This document shows positions 38,158-48,145 of a stretch of DNA of 64,000 bases, one piece after another. This stretch comes from Anaerolineales bacterium UBA5796 (lineage in GTDB: Bacteria; Chloroflexota; Anaerolineae; Anaerolineales; Villigracilaceae). How positions within the stretch are numbered: position 1 is the stretch's first letter; every line of letters begins with the position of its first letter. The stretch is taken from assembly GCA_002418215.1 (NCBI GenBank), contig DIDQ01000119.1, positions 1 to 64,000 of the forward strand. Reading direction: 5' to 3'. The notes below the pieces were generated by a model, which worked only from the letters and a program-made list of their open reading frames with translations, ran no database searches and was not told the origin of the DNA. A program made the position numbers and the translations under genes.

Positions 38158-39288
38158 ATGAAGGTCACCATTCTGCAAGAGAACCTGGCTCACGGTTTGA
38201 GCATCGTATCACGAGCAGTTTCGCCGCGCAGCACCCTGCCGGTGCTGGCGAATGTGCTGGTCGCTACCGACGAGGGGCGGCTGCGCCTGTCGGCTACCAA
38301 CCTGGAACTGGGAGTCACCTGCTGGCTCGGGGCGCGGATTGACGAGGAAGGTTCGACCACCGTCCCGGCGCGCACGATCACCGACCTGGTGAACACCCTG
38401 CCCGGCGACCAGGTGAACCTGTCGCTGGATGCCAGCACCCAGACGTTGAACGTGCGCAGCGGCACTTCGAACACCGACATCAAGTGCATTGATGCCCAGG
38501 AATTCCCGCCCCTGCCGACGCCGAACCTGGATGAAGCCCTGCACATCAATGTGGCTGATTTCAAGGAGATGATCCAGCAGGTGGCCTTCGCAGCTTCGAC
38601 GGACGAGGCCCGCCCGGTGTTGATGGGCGTGCTGGTGACGGTGGACAAGGACAAGATCACCATGGCTGCCGCGGACGGTTTCCGCCTGTCGGTGCGCAAG
38701 GCGTTGATTTCGTCCGCCGCGCCGCAGCCGGTGAGCGCCATCATCCCGGCCCGCGCCCTGAACGAACTTGCCCGGGTGGCTTCGGACGGGAGCGAGACGA
38801 TCGCGATGTCCATCCCCCAGGGGCGCGGGCAGGTCATCTTCCGGGTCAAGGACGTGGAGGTGGTCTCGCAGTTGATTGACGGGACTTTCCCGGACTACCA
38901 GCAGATCATCCCGCGCTCGTATAAATCCCGCACCCTGGTCTCGACCGCTTCCCTGCTCAAGGCCTGCAAGCAGGCCGAGATCTTTGCCCGCGAAGGCTCG
39001 AACGTGGCCCGCCTGGACATCAAAGCCAGCGGCGAATTGGAGCCGAGCGAGATCGAAATCTCGGCCACCTCCGAGGAGACCGGCTCGAACGAGACCATCG
39101 TCGAGGCCACCGTGGACGGCATCGGGCTGTTGATTGCTTTCAACGTCAAGTTCCTGCGCGAAGTGCTGGAAGTGATCAAGTCGCCGAACGTGGCCATCGA
39201 AACCAGCGCCCCTAACGCGCCCGGCGTGATCAAGACCGTCGGCGATGACGATTTCATCCACGTCATCATGCCGATGCACCTGGGGTAG
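38158..39288 (+). CDS. dnaN: DNA polymerase III beta sliding clamp
   Basis: Collinear with DnaN. The start is MKVTILQENL, preceded by GAGGA. Confidence 0.9.
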   Translation: MKVTILQENLAHGLSIVSRAVSPRSTLPVLANVLVATDEGRLRLSATNLELGVTCWLGARIDEEGSTTVPARTITDLVNTLPGDQVNLSLDASTQTLNVRSGTSNTDIKCIDAQEFPPLPTPNLDEALHINVADFKEMIQQVAFAASTDEARPVLMGVLVTVDKDKITMAAADGFRLSVRKALISSAAPQPVSAIIPARALNELARVASDGSETIAMSIPQGRGQVIFRVKDVEVVSQLIDGTFPDYQQIIPRSYKSRTLVSTASLLKACKQAEIFAREGSNVARLDIKASGELEPSEIEISATSEETGSNETIVEATVDGIGLLIAFNVKFLREVLEVIKSPNVAIETSAPNAPGVIKTVGDDDFIHVIMPMHLG

Positions 39289-39301
39289 AGCCGGTTACCG
39301 G

Positions 39302-39417
39302 TGTCATTGCGAGGGCGGTGGTCTTCCGCCCGAAGCAATCCCCAACCGCCCAAGCGGGAGACCGCTTCGCCATCCTTCGACTTCGTTTCACTTCGTTCAG
39401 GACGGCTTGCAGTGACA
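39302..39417 (+). repeat. Family-1 nested-palindrome element, copy D
   Basis: Reads TGTCATTGCGAGGG ... CGAAGCAATCC ... GGGAGACCGCTTCG ... GCAGTGACAG. Confidence 0.75.
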
Positions 39418-39566
39418 GAATTAAGATAAGCGGCAGGTTTTCAAATTCTGCCGCTTTTTGATTTGGAATCTCACCGTATGCAGAGCGTCCCGAAGGTTTT
39501 CGCAATCCATTCTCGTTTTCTTCCCAAACCTTCGGGACGGTGGGTAACATCAGTTAGAATATCCCC

Positions 39567-41891
39567 ATGACTCTCCCCACTCCCTCGTCCGATTCGGTTC
39601 TCAATATTTACCTGACCCTGACCCAGTACCCCATCCTGAGCGGGCGCATCCGTTCGCGTATGCGGCACGAGCTGTTTTCGCGCGGCATCATCAGCCAGGA
39701 TGATTTTGAGGCCGAGGCGCGGCAGAAGGCCATCGACTCGCAGGGGCGCGAGGGATTATACAATCCCTACGCCGAGGAAAGCTCGGAGGTCTGGGAGATG
39801 CGGCTGGGGCGCATCCGCGACGCGTTGACGGACTTCTATTTTGCTTATAACCTGCCCTACCAGGATTTCCAGTCCATCGTGCAGAAGATCTTGACCGAGC
39901 GCGGCAGCCTCGAATCCGATTTCGTCTGGTTCAACCCGGAGCTGGCTCCCCACGATATGCTATTCGAGCAGGCGCGCATGATCGCCCGGATGCCGGAAGA
40001 GGAACGCGCCAAATACCGCGCCCGCTTGCAGGAGATCAAGGTGGTGCTCATCCGCACCATGGTCAGCGACCAGTTGCAGTACATCAAGCTGGCCCGCAAA
40101 TGGTTCAAGGTGGCCGACCTGGACGAGATCCGCCGACGCAAGATCGGGATGGGCAAGGTCGGCGGAAAGGCAGCCGGGATGCTGCTTGCCATGCGCATCC
40201 TCAAGGAGACCGCGCCGCCCGAACTCCGGGATAGTTTCCGCACCCCGGAATCGTTCTACATCGGCTCGGACGTTTTCTACAATTTCATGTCCCAGAACGG
40301 GCTGATGCACTGGAACGACCAGAAGTTCAAGTCGGAAGAAGAGATCCGCTCCGATTTTCCCCTGATCCGGGCCGAGTTTTCAAAGGGACAGTTCTCGCCG
40401 GATATCCTCAAGCGCCTGGAAGAAGTGATCGGCGAGGCGGGCAACCGCCCGTTGATCGTGCGCTCGTCGAGCCTTTTGGAAGATAATTTTGGCACCTCCT
40501 TCGCGGGCAAATACGAGAGCATCTTCTGTCCCAACCAGGGCACACCCGAAGAAAACCTGTTCGCCTTGACCAATGCCATCACCCGCATCTACAGCAGCGG
40601 GCTGCACCCTGACGTGCTGCTCTACCGTCACCACAAGGGCCTGGCCGAATACGACGAGCGGATCGCCATCCTGATCCAGTTCGTGGAGGGGGAGCGCTTT
40701 GGCCGTTACTACCTGCCGCACGGCGCGGGCGTGGCCTTCAGCCGCAACCTGTACCGCTGGTCGCCGCAAATACTCAAGGAAGATGGGTTCGTGCGCCTGG
40801 TCTGGGGCCTGGGGACGCGGGCGGTTGACCAGACCGGGAACGACTACCCCCGTCTGGTGGCGCTTTCGCACCCGCTGCTCCACCCCGCGGCAGACGTCAA
40901 ATCCATCAAACGCTATTCCCAGCAATACGTGGATGTCATTGACCTCGAAGCCAACGCTTTTATGAGTCTGCCGGTCAAGGCAGTGCTCTCCGCCCGCTAC
41001 CCGGCGATGCGCTACGTGGCCCAGATAGACCAGGACGGCTACCTGACCGCCCCGCGCACCAACCTGGTGGAGGTGGGCAAGCTGGTCATCACCTTCGACG
41101 AATTGCTGCGCCGCACGCCCTTCGCCGGGCGGATGCGCGAAGCCCTGAACCTGCTCGAAGACCATTACAACTCCCCGGTGGATACCGAGTTTACGGTCGA
41201 AATCATCAACCCCGGCGAGATCAGGCCCGAGGTCCGTATCACGCTGCTGCAATGCCGTCCCCAGAGTCACATTGATAACGGCGGAGACGCCCAACTGCCG
41301 CAGAACCTGGCAGAGGGCGACATCATCTTTTCCACCCATCGCATGGTCCCGCGAGGGGTGGTCGAAGAGATCCGTTACGTGCTCTTCGTCCCGCCTGAAG
41401 GTTATTTCAGCCTGGGGACCCAGGCTGAGCGCAACAAACTGGAGCGCAGCATCGGCGAACTCAACGCCGCGCTGGCCGACGAACAATTCATCGCCGTCGG
41501 CCCGGGGCGTTGGGGCACGGCCAGCCCCGACCTGGGTGTCCACATCGGCTACGCCGACATTTACAACACCCTGGCGCTGGTCGAACTCTCCGGCGAGGGC
41601 ATCGCCAACGCGCCGGAACCGTCCTTCGGCACTCATTTTTTCCAGGACTTGATGGAAGCCAGGATCTACCCGCTGGGGATTTACCTGGACGACCCCGATG
41701 TGGTCTTCAACCGGGATTTCTTCTACAAGACCCCCAACCGCCTGGACCGGTGGCTTGGCCCCGATAAAGCGGCCAACTCTTGTCTGCGGCTTATCGCCGT
41801 GAAAGATTATCGCCCTGGTCACCACCTGTCCCTGGTAATGAACGACGACCTGGGGAAAGCAGTTGCCTTTTTGAAGAAAGACGAAAGTTAA
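39567..41891 (+). CDS. PEP/pyruvate-binding (PPDK_N-type ATP-grasp) domain protein
   Basis: Contains IGMGKVGGKAAGM, matching the nucleotide-binding loop of PEP synthase/PPDK. There is no obvious phospho-His or TIM-barrel domain. Confidence 0.65.
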   Translation: MTLPTPSSDSVLNIYLTLTQYPILSGRIRSRMRHELFSRGIISQDDFEAEARQKAIDSQGREGLYNPYAEESSEVWEMRLGRIRDALTDFYFAYNLPYQDFQSIVQKILTERGSLESDFVWFNPELAPHDMLFEQARMIARMPEEERAKYRARLQEIKVVLIRTMVSDQLQYIKLARKWFKVADLDEIRRRKIGMGKVGGKAAGMLLAMRILKETAPPELRDSFRTPESFYIGSDVFYNFMSQNGLMHWNDQKFKSEEEIRSDFPLIRAEFSKGQFSPDILKRLEEVIGEAGNRPLIVRSSSLLEDNFGTSFAGKYESIFCPNQGTPEENLFALTNAITRIYSSGLHPDVLLYRHHKGLAEYDERIAILIQFVEGERFGRYYLPHGAGVAFSRNLYRWSPQILKEDGFVRLVWGLGTRAVDQTGNDYPRLVALSHPLLHPAADVKSIKRYSQQYVDVIDLEANAFMSLPVKAVLSARYPAMRYVAQIDQDGYLTAPRTNLVEVGKLVITFDELLRRTPFAGRMREALNLLEDHYNSPVDTEFTVEIINPGEIRPEVRITLLQCRPQSHIDNGGDAQLPQNLAEGDIIFSTHRMVPRGVVEEIRYVLFVPPEGYFSLGTQAERNKLERSIGELNAALADEQFIAVGPGRWGTASPDLGVHIGYADIYNTLALVELSGEGIANAPEPSFGTHFFQDLMEARIYPLGIYLDDPDVVFNRDFFYKTPNRLDRWLGPDKAANSCLRLIAVKDYRPGHHLSLVMNDDLGKAVAFLKKDES

Positions 41892-41945
41892 AGAAGGAGT
41901 GCAGACTTAAGTCTGCACTCTCTCATGGGGAAAATTCTGTCGGTT

Positions 41946-44900
41946 TCACTTCATCAACTGTTCCACCCGGCTCTCGCCGGTGCTGTAATATTTGGCATCC
42001 TTGTGGTGGACAATGATCGCCGCAGTGGATTGCTCGGGGATCAACTGGTAGGCCGCGCTCAAGCTCATACCCAGTTCCTTTTCCACCGGCAGCAAGTCGA
42101 AGACTTTGCGGTGGTCTTCCAGCTCGGGGATGGCGGGGTAGCCCCACGAGTAGCGTTTGCCCTGACCTTCGGCGAGTCCCAGCTCGCGGCGGATGTGGCG
42201 GTGCAGGTACTCAGCGGTCGCTTCGGCGGTCTGGACGGCCAGCCCGTGGGTGAAGTAGGCTTCAGAGTAGTCGCCTTTGGCTTGCAGGGCGTCGAAGCGT
42301 TCGGTGGCTTCCTGTCCGACGGTCACGACCTGGAAGGCGACCACGTCCATCTGGCCGGAGTCAACGCTGGCGAAGTAATCGGCGAGGCAGAGATTGCTGT
42401 CGAAGTTTTGGCGGGGGAAGTGGAATCGTGTCGCGTGTTCCGTTGTGTCGGGTTTGTAGACAATGAGGTCGTCGCCGTCAGCCTGGCAGGGGAAGTAACC
42501 GTAGACGGCCTGGGGTTTGAGCCAGCCGGTTTGCAGGGCTTCTCTTTTCATGGCGGCCAGCCGAGTCCCAAATTCTGTTTGCAGCCGCTCCCACTCTGCA
42601 CCGTGGGCGTTCTTGGCCCCCCACGAGAGACGGTACAACTCGCTGAGGCTAAGGTGTTGGAAGACCAGCTCGAGGGGCATGTCTTTGACGAGCCGGTAGC
42701 CGAGTTTTTCGGGCAGTCCGATGGGAGCGGGCACAACGTTCGACCGTTGGCCGCTGGCCGTTGACCGTTGACCCCATTGGGAAGAACGACCCAACTCAAA
42801 GTCCGCTTCCTTGCGCAGGTTTTCGAGCAGGGCGGGTTTGCGATCGGGGTTGATCAGTTGATCCATCGTTTCAAGGCCTTCGAAGGCGTCCTTACAGTAG
42901 AAGACGCCCGGTTCGTAGTACCCGCCGTCCTCGGTTTGCAGGATGCGGCGTCCGAAGCGGCGGTTGATGGCCGCCCCGCCGACCAGCACGGGGATGTCCA
43001 GTCCGCGCCGCTGCAACTCGTTGACGATGAGCGGCATCTGCTTCGAGGTAGAGACCAGCAGCGCCGACAGGCCAATGGCCGTGGCGTTGACCTCGGCGGC
43101 CTTGCTGATGATGGTTTCGGCGGGGACCTGTTTGCCCAGGTCTATCACGTCGTAGCCGTTGTTGGCGAGGATGGTTTTGACCAAATTTTTGCCGATGTCA
43201 TGCACGTCGCCGTAGACAGTGGCGATCACGACCAGCCCCTTGCTGACGCCCTCGACTTTTTCAAGGTAGTTTTCCAGGTGGCTGACGGATTTCTTCATCA
43301 CCTCGGCAGATTGGAGCACAAAGGGCAGGATCAACTCACCCGCCCCGAACTTGTCGCCGACTTCTTTCATGGCGGGGAGGAGGACGGTGTTCAGAATTTC
43401 AACCGCTTTGATGTGATTCTGCTCTCTTTGTCCCTTGTCCCCTATCCCTTTCTCAGGGGAAAGGGGGTAGGGGATAAGGGAGTCGATATCACTCTCAACC
43501 CCTTCCTTATGGCGGTGGACGATCTTCCAGTGCAGACGCTGTTCGGGGGTCATGCCTTCGGTGGGGTCAGTCTTATCGGGACGGGTCTCAGACCCGCCCG
43601 TACCCATCGCCTCATAATGTTCGATGTAACGCTGCAACGCATCCGGGCGGCGGTTGAAGATCAGGTCTTCAGCCAGTTCCTTTTCGCCGGCGGGGATGTC
43701 GGCGTAGGGGGTGACGTGGGCCGGGTTGATGATCGCCATATCGAGTCCGGCCTGGACGCAGTGGTAGAGCATGACCGAGTTCAGGGCCGGACGGGCGTGG
43801 GCTGATAGCCCGAATGACAGGTTCGACACGCCGAGCGAGGTCAACACGCCGGGCAGGTTCTGCTTGATGAGACGAATTCCTTCGATGGTCTCGATGGCGG
43901 ATTCGGCAAATTCGGGGTCGCCGGTGGCGAGGGTGAAGGTCAGGGCGTCGTAGACCAGGTCTGCGGGCTTGAGTCCGTGCTCATCCACGGCGATGTCGTA
44001 GAGGCGTTTTGCCACGTCCAGTTTGCGCTCACGGGTCTTGGCCATGCCGCTCTCGTCAATGGTCAGGACGATGACGGCGGCATTATATTTTTTGGCAAGC
44101 GCGAAAACTTTATTCGCTTTTTCAGGCCCAGACTCAAGATGGGTGGAGTTGATGAGGCAGCGGCCGGGAGCGGTCTGGAGGGCAGCTTCGAGCACGTCCA
44201 GTTCGGTGGTGTCTATTACCAGGGGGACTTCGACGCCCATAGCCAGTTTCTTGACCGTGCGGCGCATCAGGTCCACCTCGTCGGGGCGCTCGGTGACGGC
44301 GGTGGAGATGTCGAGGGCGTGAGCGCCGTATTCGACCTGCTCGCGGCCGATCTCCAGGATGGCGTCGTAATCTTCTTCGAGCAGCAGGCGCTTGAACTTG
44401 CGCGACCCCTGGGCGTTGCAGCGTTCGCCGATCAGGGTTGGCGGGGGGTCCTGTCGCATGGAGATGGCCGACATGGCGGAGGCAAGTTGAGGTGTGGAAT
44501 GAAGCGGACGTGTTCCGTGGGGCGTGTTCCGTAATTTGTCCACCAAAAGTTTGAGGTGTTCGGGCGTCGTCCCGCAGCATCCGCCGACCACCGAGATATT
44601 GTGTTTGGTCACAAAGTCGTACAGGTCGTTCGCAAACGGTTCGGGTTCGAGGGGGTAGACGGCCTGTCCGTCCACGTTGAGGGGCAGGCCGGCGTTGGGG
44701 ATGCAGGAGACGGGCAGGGTGGAGGTTTCGCCGAGGATGCGGATGGGTTCGCGCATGTGTTCGGGGCCGGTGGAGCAGTTGAGGCCGATGACGTCTATGC
44801 CGAGGCCTTCGAGGATGGCCAGGGCGGCGTTGACGTCGGTGCCGAGGAGCATCCGCCCGGTCGTATCGAGCGTGACCTGGGCCTGGATCGGCAAGTGGAC

Positions 44901-45530
44901 GCCGGTCTCGGCGAAGGCCTGGTGACAGCCGGTTATGGCGGCTTTGACTTCGAGGATGTCTTGCGAGGTTTCGATGAGCAGCAGGTCTACGCCGCCGCGG
45001 ATGAGGCCGACAGCCTGCTCGCGGAAGACGTCCGCCAGTTCGTCGAAGCTGACGTTCGAGAGTTCCGGGTCGTCGGCGGAGGGCAGTTTGCCGGATGGGC
45101 CGATGGAGCCAGCGACGAAACGGGGATGCGAGTTAGGAGTTAGGCGTTGTGAGTTAGGCGTTGCAGATGACGTGTCTACCTGGGTACCTGTGTACTCGTC
45201 TGCCAATCGACGCGCTAACTTTGCGGCTGTCTCATTGATTTCAAGAACTCTGTCCTGCAAGCCATATTCCTTCATGGTGATGCGGTTGGAGCGGAAGGTG
45301 TCGGTTTCGAGCACGTCCACGCCGACTTCGAGGAACGAGCGGTGGACTTTTTCGACGGCTTCGGGGTACGAGATGACGAGGTAATCATTGCAGCCGTTGT
45401 ACTGTTCGCCGCCGAAGTGTTCGGCGGTCAGGTTTTGGAGTTGCAGGCTGGTGCCCATGGCCCCGTCGAAGACGAGGACTTTCGTTTCGAGGGCGTCGAG
45501 GTATTTTCTATTTGTATATTTTCGAGTCAT
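41946..45530 (-). CDS. metH: Cobalamin-dependent methionine synthase
   Basis: All four modules are present: Hcy, folate, B12 with the DVHDIGK motif, and AdoMet. Repeat-derived in-frame insertions lie at ~43431-43480, 45129-45163 and 42741-42773. Confidence 0.95.
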   Translation of the reverse strand: MTRKYTNRKYLDALETKVLVFDGAMGTSLQLQNLTAEHFGGEQYNGCNDYLVISYPEAVEKVHRSFLEVGVDVLETDTFRSNRITMKEYGLQDRVLEINETAAKLARRLADEYTGTQVDTSSATPNSQRLTPNSHPRFVAGSIGPSGKLPSADDPELSNVSFDELADVFREQAVGLIRGGVDLLLIETSQDILEVKAAITGCHQAFAETGVHLPIQAQVTLDTTGRMLLGTDVNAALAILEGLGIDVIGLNCSTGPEHMREPIRILGETSTLPVSCIPNAGLPLNVDGQAVYPLEPEPFANDLYDFVTKHNISVVGGCCGTTPEHLKLLVDKLRNTPHGTRPLHSTPQLASAMSAISMRQDPPPTLIGERCNAQGSRKFKRLLLEEDYDAILEIGREQVEYGAHALDISTAVTERPDEVDLMRRTVKKLAMGVEVPLVIDTTELDVLEAALQTAPGRCLINSTHLESGPEKANKVFALAKKYNAAVIVLTIDESGMAKTRERKLDVAKRLYDIAVDEHGLKPADLVYDALTFTLATGDPEFAESAIETIEGIRLIKQNLPGVLTSLGVSNLSFGLSAHARPALNSVMLYHCVQAGLDMAIINPAHVTPYADIPAGEKELAEDLIFNRRPDALQRYIEHYEAMGTGGSETRPDKTDPTEGMTPEQRLHWKIVHRHKEGVESDIDSLIPYPLSPEKGIGDKGQREQNHIKAVEILNTVLLPAMKEVGDKFGAGELILPFVLQSAEVMKKSVSHLENYLEKVEGVSKGLVVIATVYGDVHDIGKNLVKTILANNGYDVIDLGKQVPAETIISKAAEVNATAIGLSALLVSTSKQMPLIVNELQRRGLDIPVLVGGAAINRRFGRRILQTEDGGYYEPGVFYCKDAFEGLETMDQLINPDRKPALLENLRKEADFELGRSSQWGQRSTASGQRSNVVPAPIGLPEKLGYRLVKDMPLELVFQHLSLSELYRLSWGAKNAHGAEWERLQTEFGTRLAAMKREALQTGWLKPQAVYGYFPCQADGDDLIVYKPDTTEHATRFHFPRQNFDSNLCLADYFASVDSGQMDVVAFQVVTVGQEATERFDALQAKGDYSEAYFTHGLAVQTAEATAEYLHRHIRRELGLAEGQGKRYSWGYPAIPELEDHRKVFDLLPVEKELGMSLSAAYQLIPEQSTAAIIVHHKDAKYYSTGESRVEQLMK

Positions 45531-45679
45531 GATTACTCCTGATTTTTAGCCGCGAATTTCGCTAATTCACACGAATTATTTTTTAACCGAGAAGGGACAA
45601 ATTTCGCCCAGAATGCTATTGTATCTTGACAGCCTGGTTTTTAAGTTGTACAGTATTTCTGTACGACTTGGAGACTTTT

Positions 45680-45970
45680 ATGACCATCGAATTCACCTAC
45701 ACCAGCGCCCGGGAGCAGTTTGCCAGCCTGCTCGACCGCGTGTCCAAAGACCGCGAGGTGGTGATTATCCAGCGGCGCGGGGCGGAGGATGTTGCCATGA
45801 TCTCCGCCGATGAACTCGCCAGCCTGACCGAAACCGCCTACCTGCTGCGCTCACCGCAAAACGCCGAGCGGATTTTGTCCGCTTTGGGGCGAGCGTTGAA
45901 AAACGAGGGCGAAATCCAGTCCCTGGAAGACCTGCGCCGCGAGGTGAGACTTGGCGGCGAAAACGCGTGA
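45680..45970 (+). CDS. yefM: YefM/Phd-family antitoxin
   Basis: About 96 aa with Phd/YefM N-terminal similarity. It overlaps the toxin gene. Confidence 0.75.
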   Translation: MTIEFTYTSAREQFASLLDRVSKDREVVIIQRRGAEDVAMISADELASLTETAYLLRSPQNAERILSALGRALKNEGEIQSLEDLRREVRLGGENA

Positions 45971-46226
45971 GGCGGTCTTCCAGCCCGAATTCATCGAAGA
46001 CCTGCGCTATTGGGTCGAGGCAGATCGCAAATTAGCGCTTCGCGCCTTCGATTTGATCGAAGCCATCCTGCGCGACCCATTCGAAGGTATCGGCAAGCCC
46101 GAACCGCTCAAATATCTTGCGCCGGGATGCTGGTCGCGGCGGCTGACGCAGGAGCATCGCATTGTCTATCTCGTGCGTGATGAGCGGATTGACTTTTTGC
46201 AGGCGAGATACCATTACAGCAAATAG
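45951..46226 (+). CDS. yoeB: YoeB/Txe-family toxin (RelE superfamily)
   Basis: Contains LAPGCWSRRLTQEHRIVYLV and a C-terminal HY. The start is TTG and overlaps yefM. Confidence 0.75.
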   Translation: MAAKTREAVFQPEFIEDLRYWVEADRKLALRAFDLIEAILRDPFEGIGKPEPLKYLAPGCWSRRLTQEHRIVYLVRDERIDFLQARYHYSK

Positions 46227-46394
46227 TTTTCTCAATTCTATCTCCGCACGGGGACAAGCCCCCGTGCTATTCGCACGAAGCCGACTCAAGTCGGCTCCCC
46301 CTAAAAGGGGGTATGAGTCCGCTTGAGCGGGCTTTGCAGGCGTAACCCGACGGTTCATCGTCGGGCGGGCATGAGGGGAAAGCAACGTTATATT

Positions 46395-47178
46395 TCAATC
46401 GTCTCCGCATCTTTCAACACCGATCTCGCCCAGGCGGGATTCGGCGGGCTGAAGCCCTGCCTCAGTGCGTGGAAGTCCGCTCAAGCGGACTCGCTTGCCA
46501 GCCCGAAGCGCTTCTATGAACTGAGCAGGCGGCTTTAGCTCTGCTCTCTCAATCTTCATCAATTTTCTCATAAACCGCAACCAGTTTGTTTTCGCGATGG
46601 TGTTCTTTTTGCCTCGCGGCATACTCCATAACAGTCTCCAATGATCTCTCGCCGATGGATAAAACACCATAACCGCCTTGCCACTTGAATTGACCATCGC
46701 TGCCATCCATGTGGTTGATGGCATAGGCGCTTGCTCCTTTGAAGTGACGGACACACTCTGCCACAGCAAGTTTAGGTGGAATGGAGGCGACGATGTGAAC
46801 GTGATCTTCTGCGTTCCCCGCCGCGTGGATTTTCACACCCAATTCTTTAGCCTTGTTGTATATGACGCCGTAGAATATTTTCTCACGTTCGGGCGTGATA
46901 CCGGCTTCACGGTTTTCGGTAGACCAGATGATATGATAATGAAGTCTCCAGTAGGCCATGGTGTTTTTCTCCAGAAACTTGTGTTCACCTTGTGATTCGG
47001 CGGGCTGCCCTTCCAGGGGGCTTCGCACAATCCCTGCCTCAGTGCGTGGAAGTCCGCTCAAGCGGACTCGCTTGCCAGCCCGAAGGGCTTCCATGAACTG
47101 AGCAGGCGGCTTCAGCCCCGCTCTCTCAGAGTATCGCAACCGTCTCCGCATTTTCCAACACCGATCCCGCCCAGGCGG
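46395..47178 (-). mobile_element. IS200/IS605-like (or RAYT) element. The tnpA gene is framed by direct-repeat blocks arranged Y-X-tnpA-X-Y.
   Basis: Block X is about 100 bp and includes the hairpin AGTCCGCTCAAGCGGACT; copies lie at 46440-46552 and 47041-47128. Block Y is about 38 bp (CGTCTCCGCAT.TTTCAACACCGATC.CGCCCAGGCGG); copies lie at 46400-46437 and 47140-47178. Confidence 0.65.
46549..46959 (-). CDS. tnpA: Y1 (HUH) transposase, IS200/IS605 TnpA or REP-associated tyrosine transposase
   Basis: The HUH motif is HVHIV, the start is MAYWRLHYHIIWST, and a catalytic Tyr region follows. About 136 aa. Confidence 0.75.
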   Translation of the reverse strand: MAYWRLHYHIIWSTENREAGITPEREKIFYGVIYNKAKELGVKIHAAGNAEDHVHIVASIPPKLAVAECVRHFKGASAYAINHMDGSDGQFKWQGGYGVLSIGERSLETVMEYAARQKEHHRENKLVAVYEKIDED

Positions 47179-47551
47179 TCACGTCTTCACAGTAATCTTC
47201 GGCATTTTCCATCCGAATATCGAGGATCGTTTTCTTCCACGAAGTCTTTTTGATGACCGGTTTTCCATCTCTCGACGTGAATTTGAAGGCCCGCTTGCCG
47301 CTGTCCACCGAATCCTTGACCTGTTGGCGGATCACCGACGGCGATTTCCCCTCCACGATGAATTCGCGCAGGAGGTCGCGCTCGTACAGCCAGCCTTCCC
47401 GGCTGAGTTGGCTGGAATGTTGCAGCATGTACGCGCAGACCGTCAAATTGTGGACGGCTCCGTAACGCAGGTCAGAAAATTCGAGGGCGAGACATTCGTC
47501 GAAGCGCGTTTTGCAAAGAGAGTTCAGCGCGCCGCATTCGGGGCAGGTCAT
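47126..47551 (-). CDS. Hypothetical Cys-containing protein (about 140 aa)
   Basis: Starts MTCPECGALNSLC. Its C-terminus is encoded inside the right-hand X-Y block. Confidence 0.45.
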   Translation of the reverse strand: MTCPECGALNSLCKTRFDECLALEFSDLRYGAVHNLTVCAYMLQHSSQLSREGWLYERDLLREFIVEGKSPSVIRQQVKDSVDSGKRAFKFTSRDGKPVIKKTSWKKTILDIRMENAEDYCEDVTAWAGSVLENAETVAIL

Positions 47552-48027
47552 TTCTTCTGCTCCCACAACCAGATGATGAAATCTTGGGGGAAAGTCGGCG
47601 CGCCGCAACGGTGGAGTTTTTCGAGGACGGTGGCGCGGTGGTCGGTGCCGTGGTTGACCAGATGCAGCAACACCGTCCAGCGCGGGGCGGGGATGGTGGC
47701 GGGATTTCTGTTCAGATCGGTGTTGGTGAGGGCGGCGGCGTAATCCGCCAAATCGGCGGCAACCTGCTCGAACGCGGCGCGGGCAGACCCTCGGGTGGGA
47801 TACTGCTCCGGGTCGAGGTGACCGGTATCCGGGTCCGATTTGAGTCCGGCCAACCAGCGGCGGTCGGTCGAAGCCAGGTGGACCATCAGATTGCGGATCG
47901 AGCCGCGAGAGTAGGCGTCATCCTGTAAAAATTGTTCGTCGCTGATCTGGTCAATCGAATCCCAAACGCGGCGGGCGATGGCGAGGTGATATTCGACGAA
48001 GGTACGAACCATTTCGATCTGCGGCAT
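47548..48027 (-). CDS. DinB-family protein
   Basis: Contains HLVNHGTDHR. Confidence 0.7.
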   Translation of the reverse strand: MPQIEMVRTFVEYHLAIARRVWDSIDQISDEQFLQDDAYSRGSIRNLMVHLASTDRRWLAGLKSDPDTGHLDPEQYPTRGSARAAFEQVAADLADYAAALTNTDLNRNPATIPAPRWTVLLHLVNHGTDHRATVLEKLHRCGAPTFPQDFIIWLWEQKK

Positions 48028-48145
48028 GACCGTCTCCTGACAACAAAAGCGCCTCTCTGGAAACGAGAGGCGACGCCAGCAGGACGACTTCTCTCATCTT
48101 CCAGTGGTGGATGCCCGCGAGGAGCATCCCTACTGCCGGAATTGG

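Noticed and set aside
41925-45384. Multiple plus-strand ORFs within the metH span (279, 345, 185, 195, 149 aa)
   Set aside because: They are antisense to the full-length conserved MetH.
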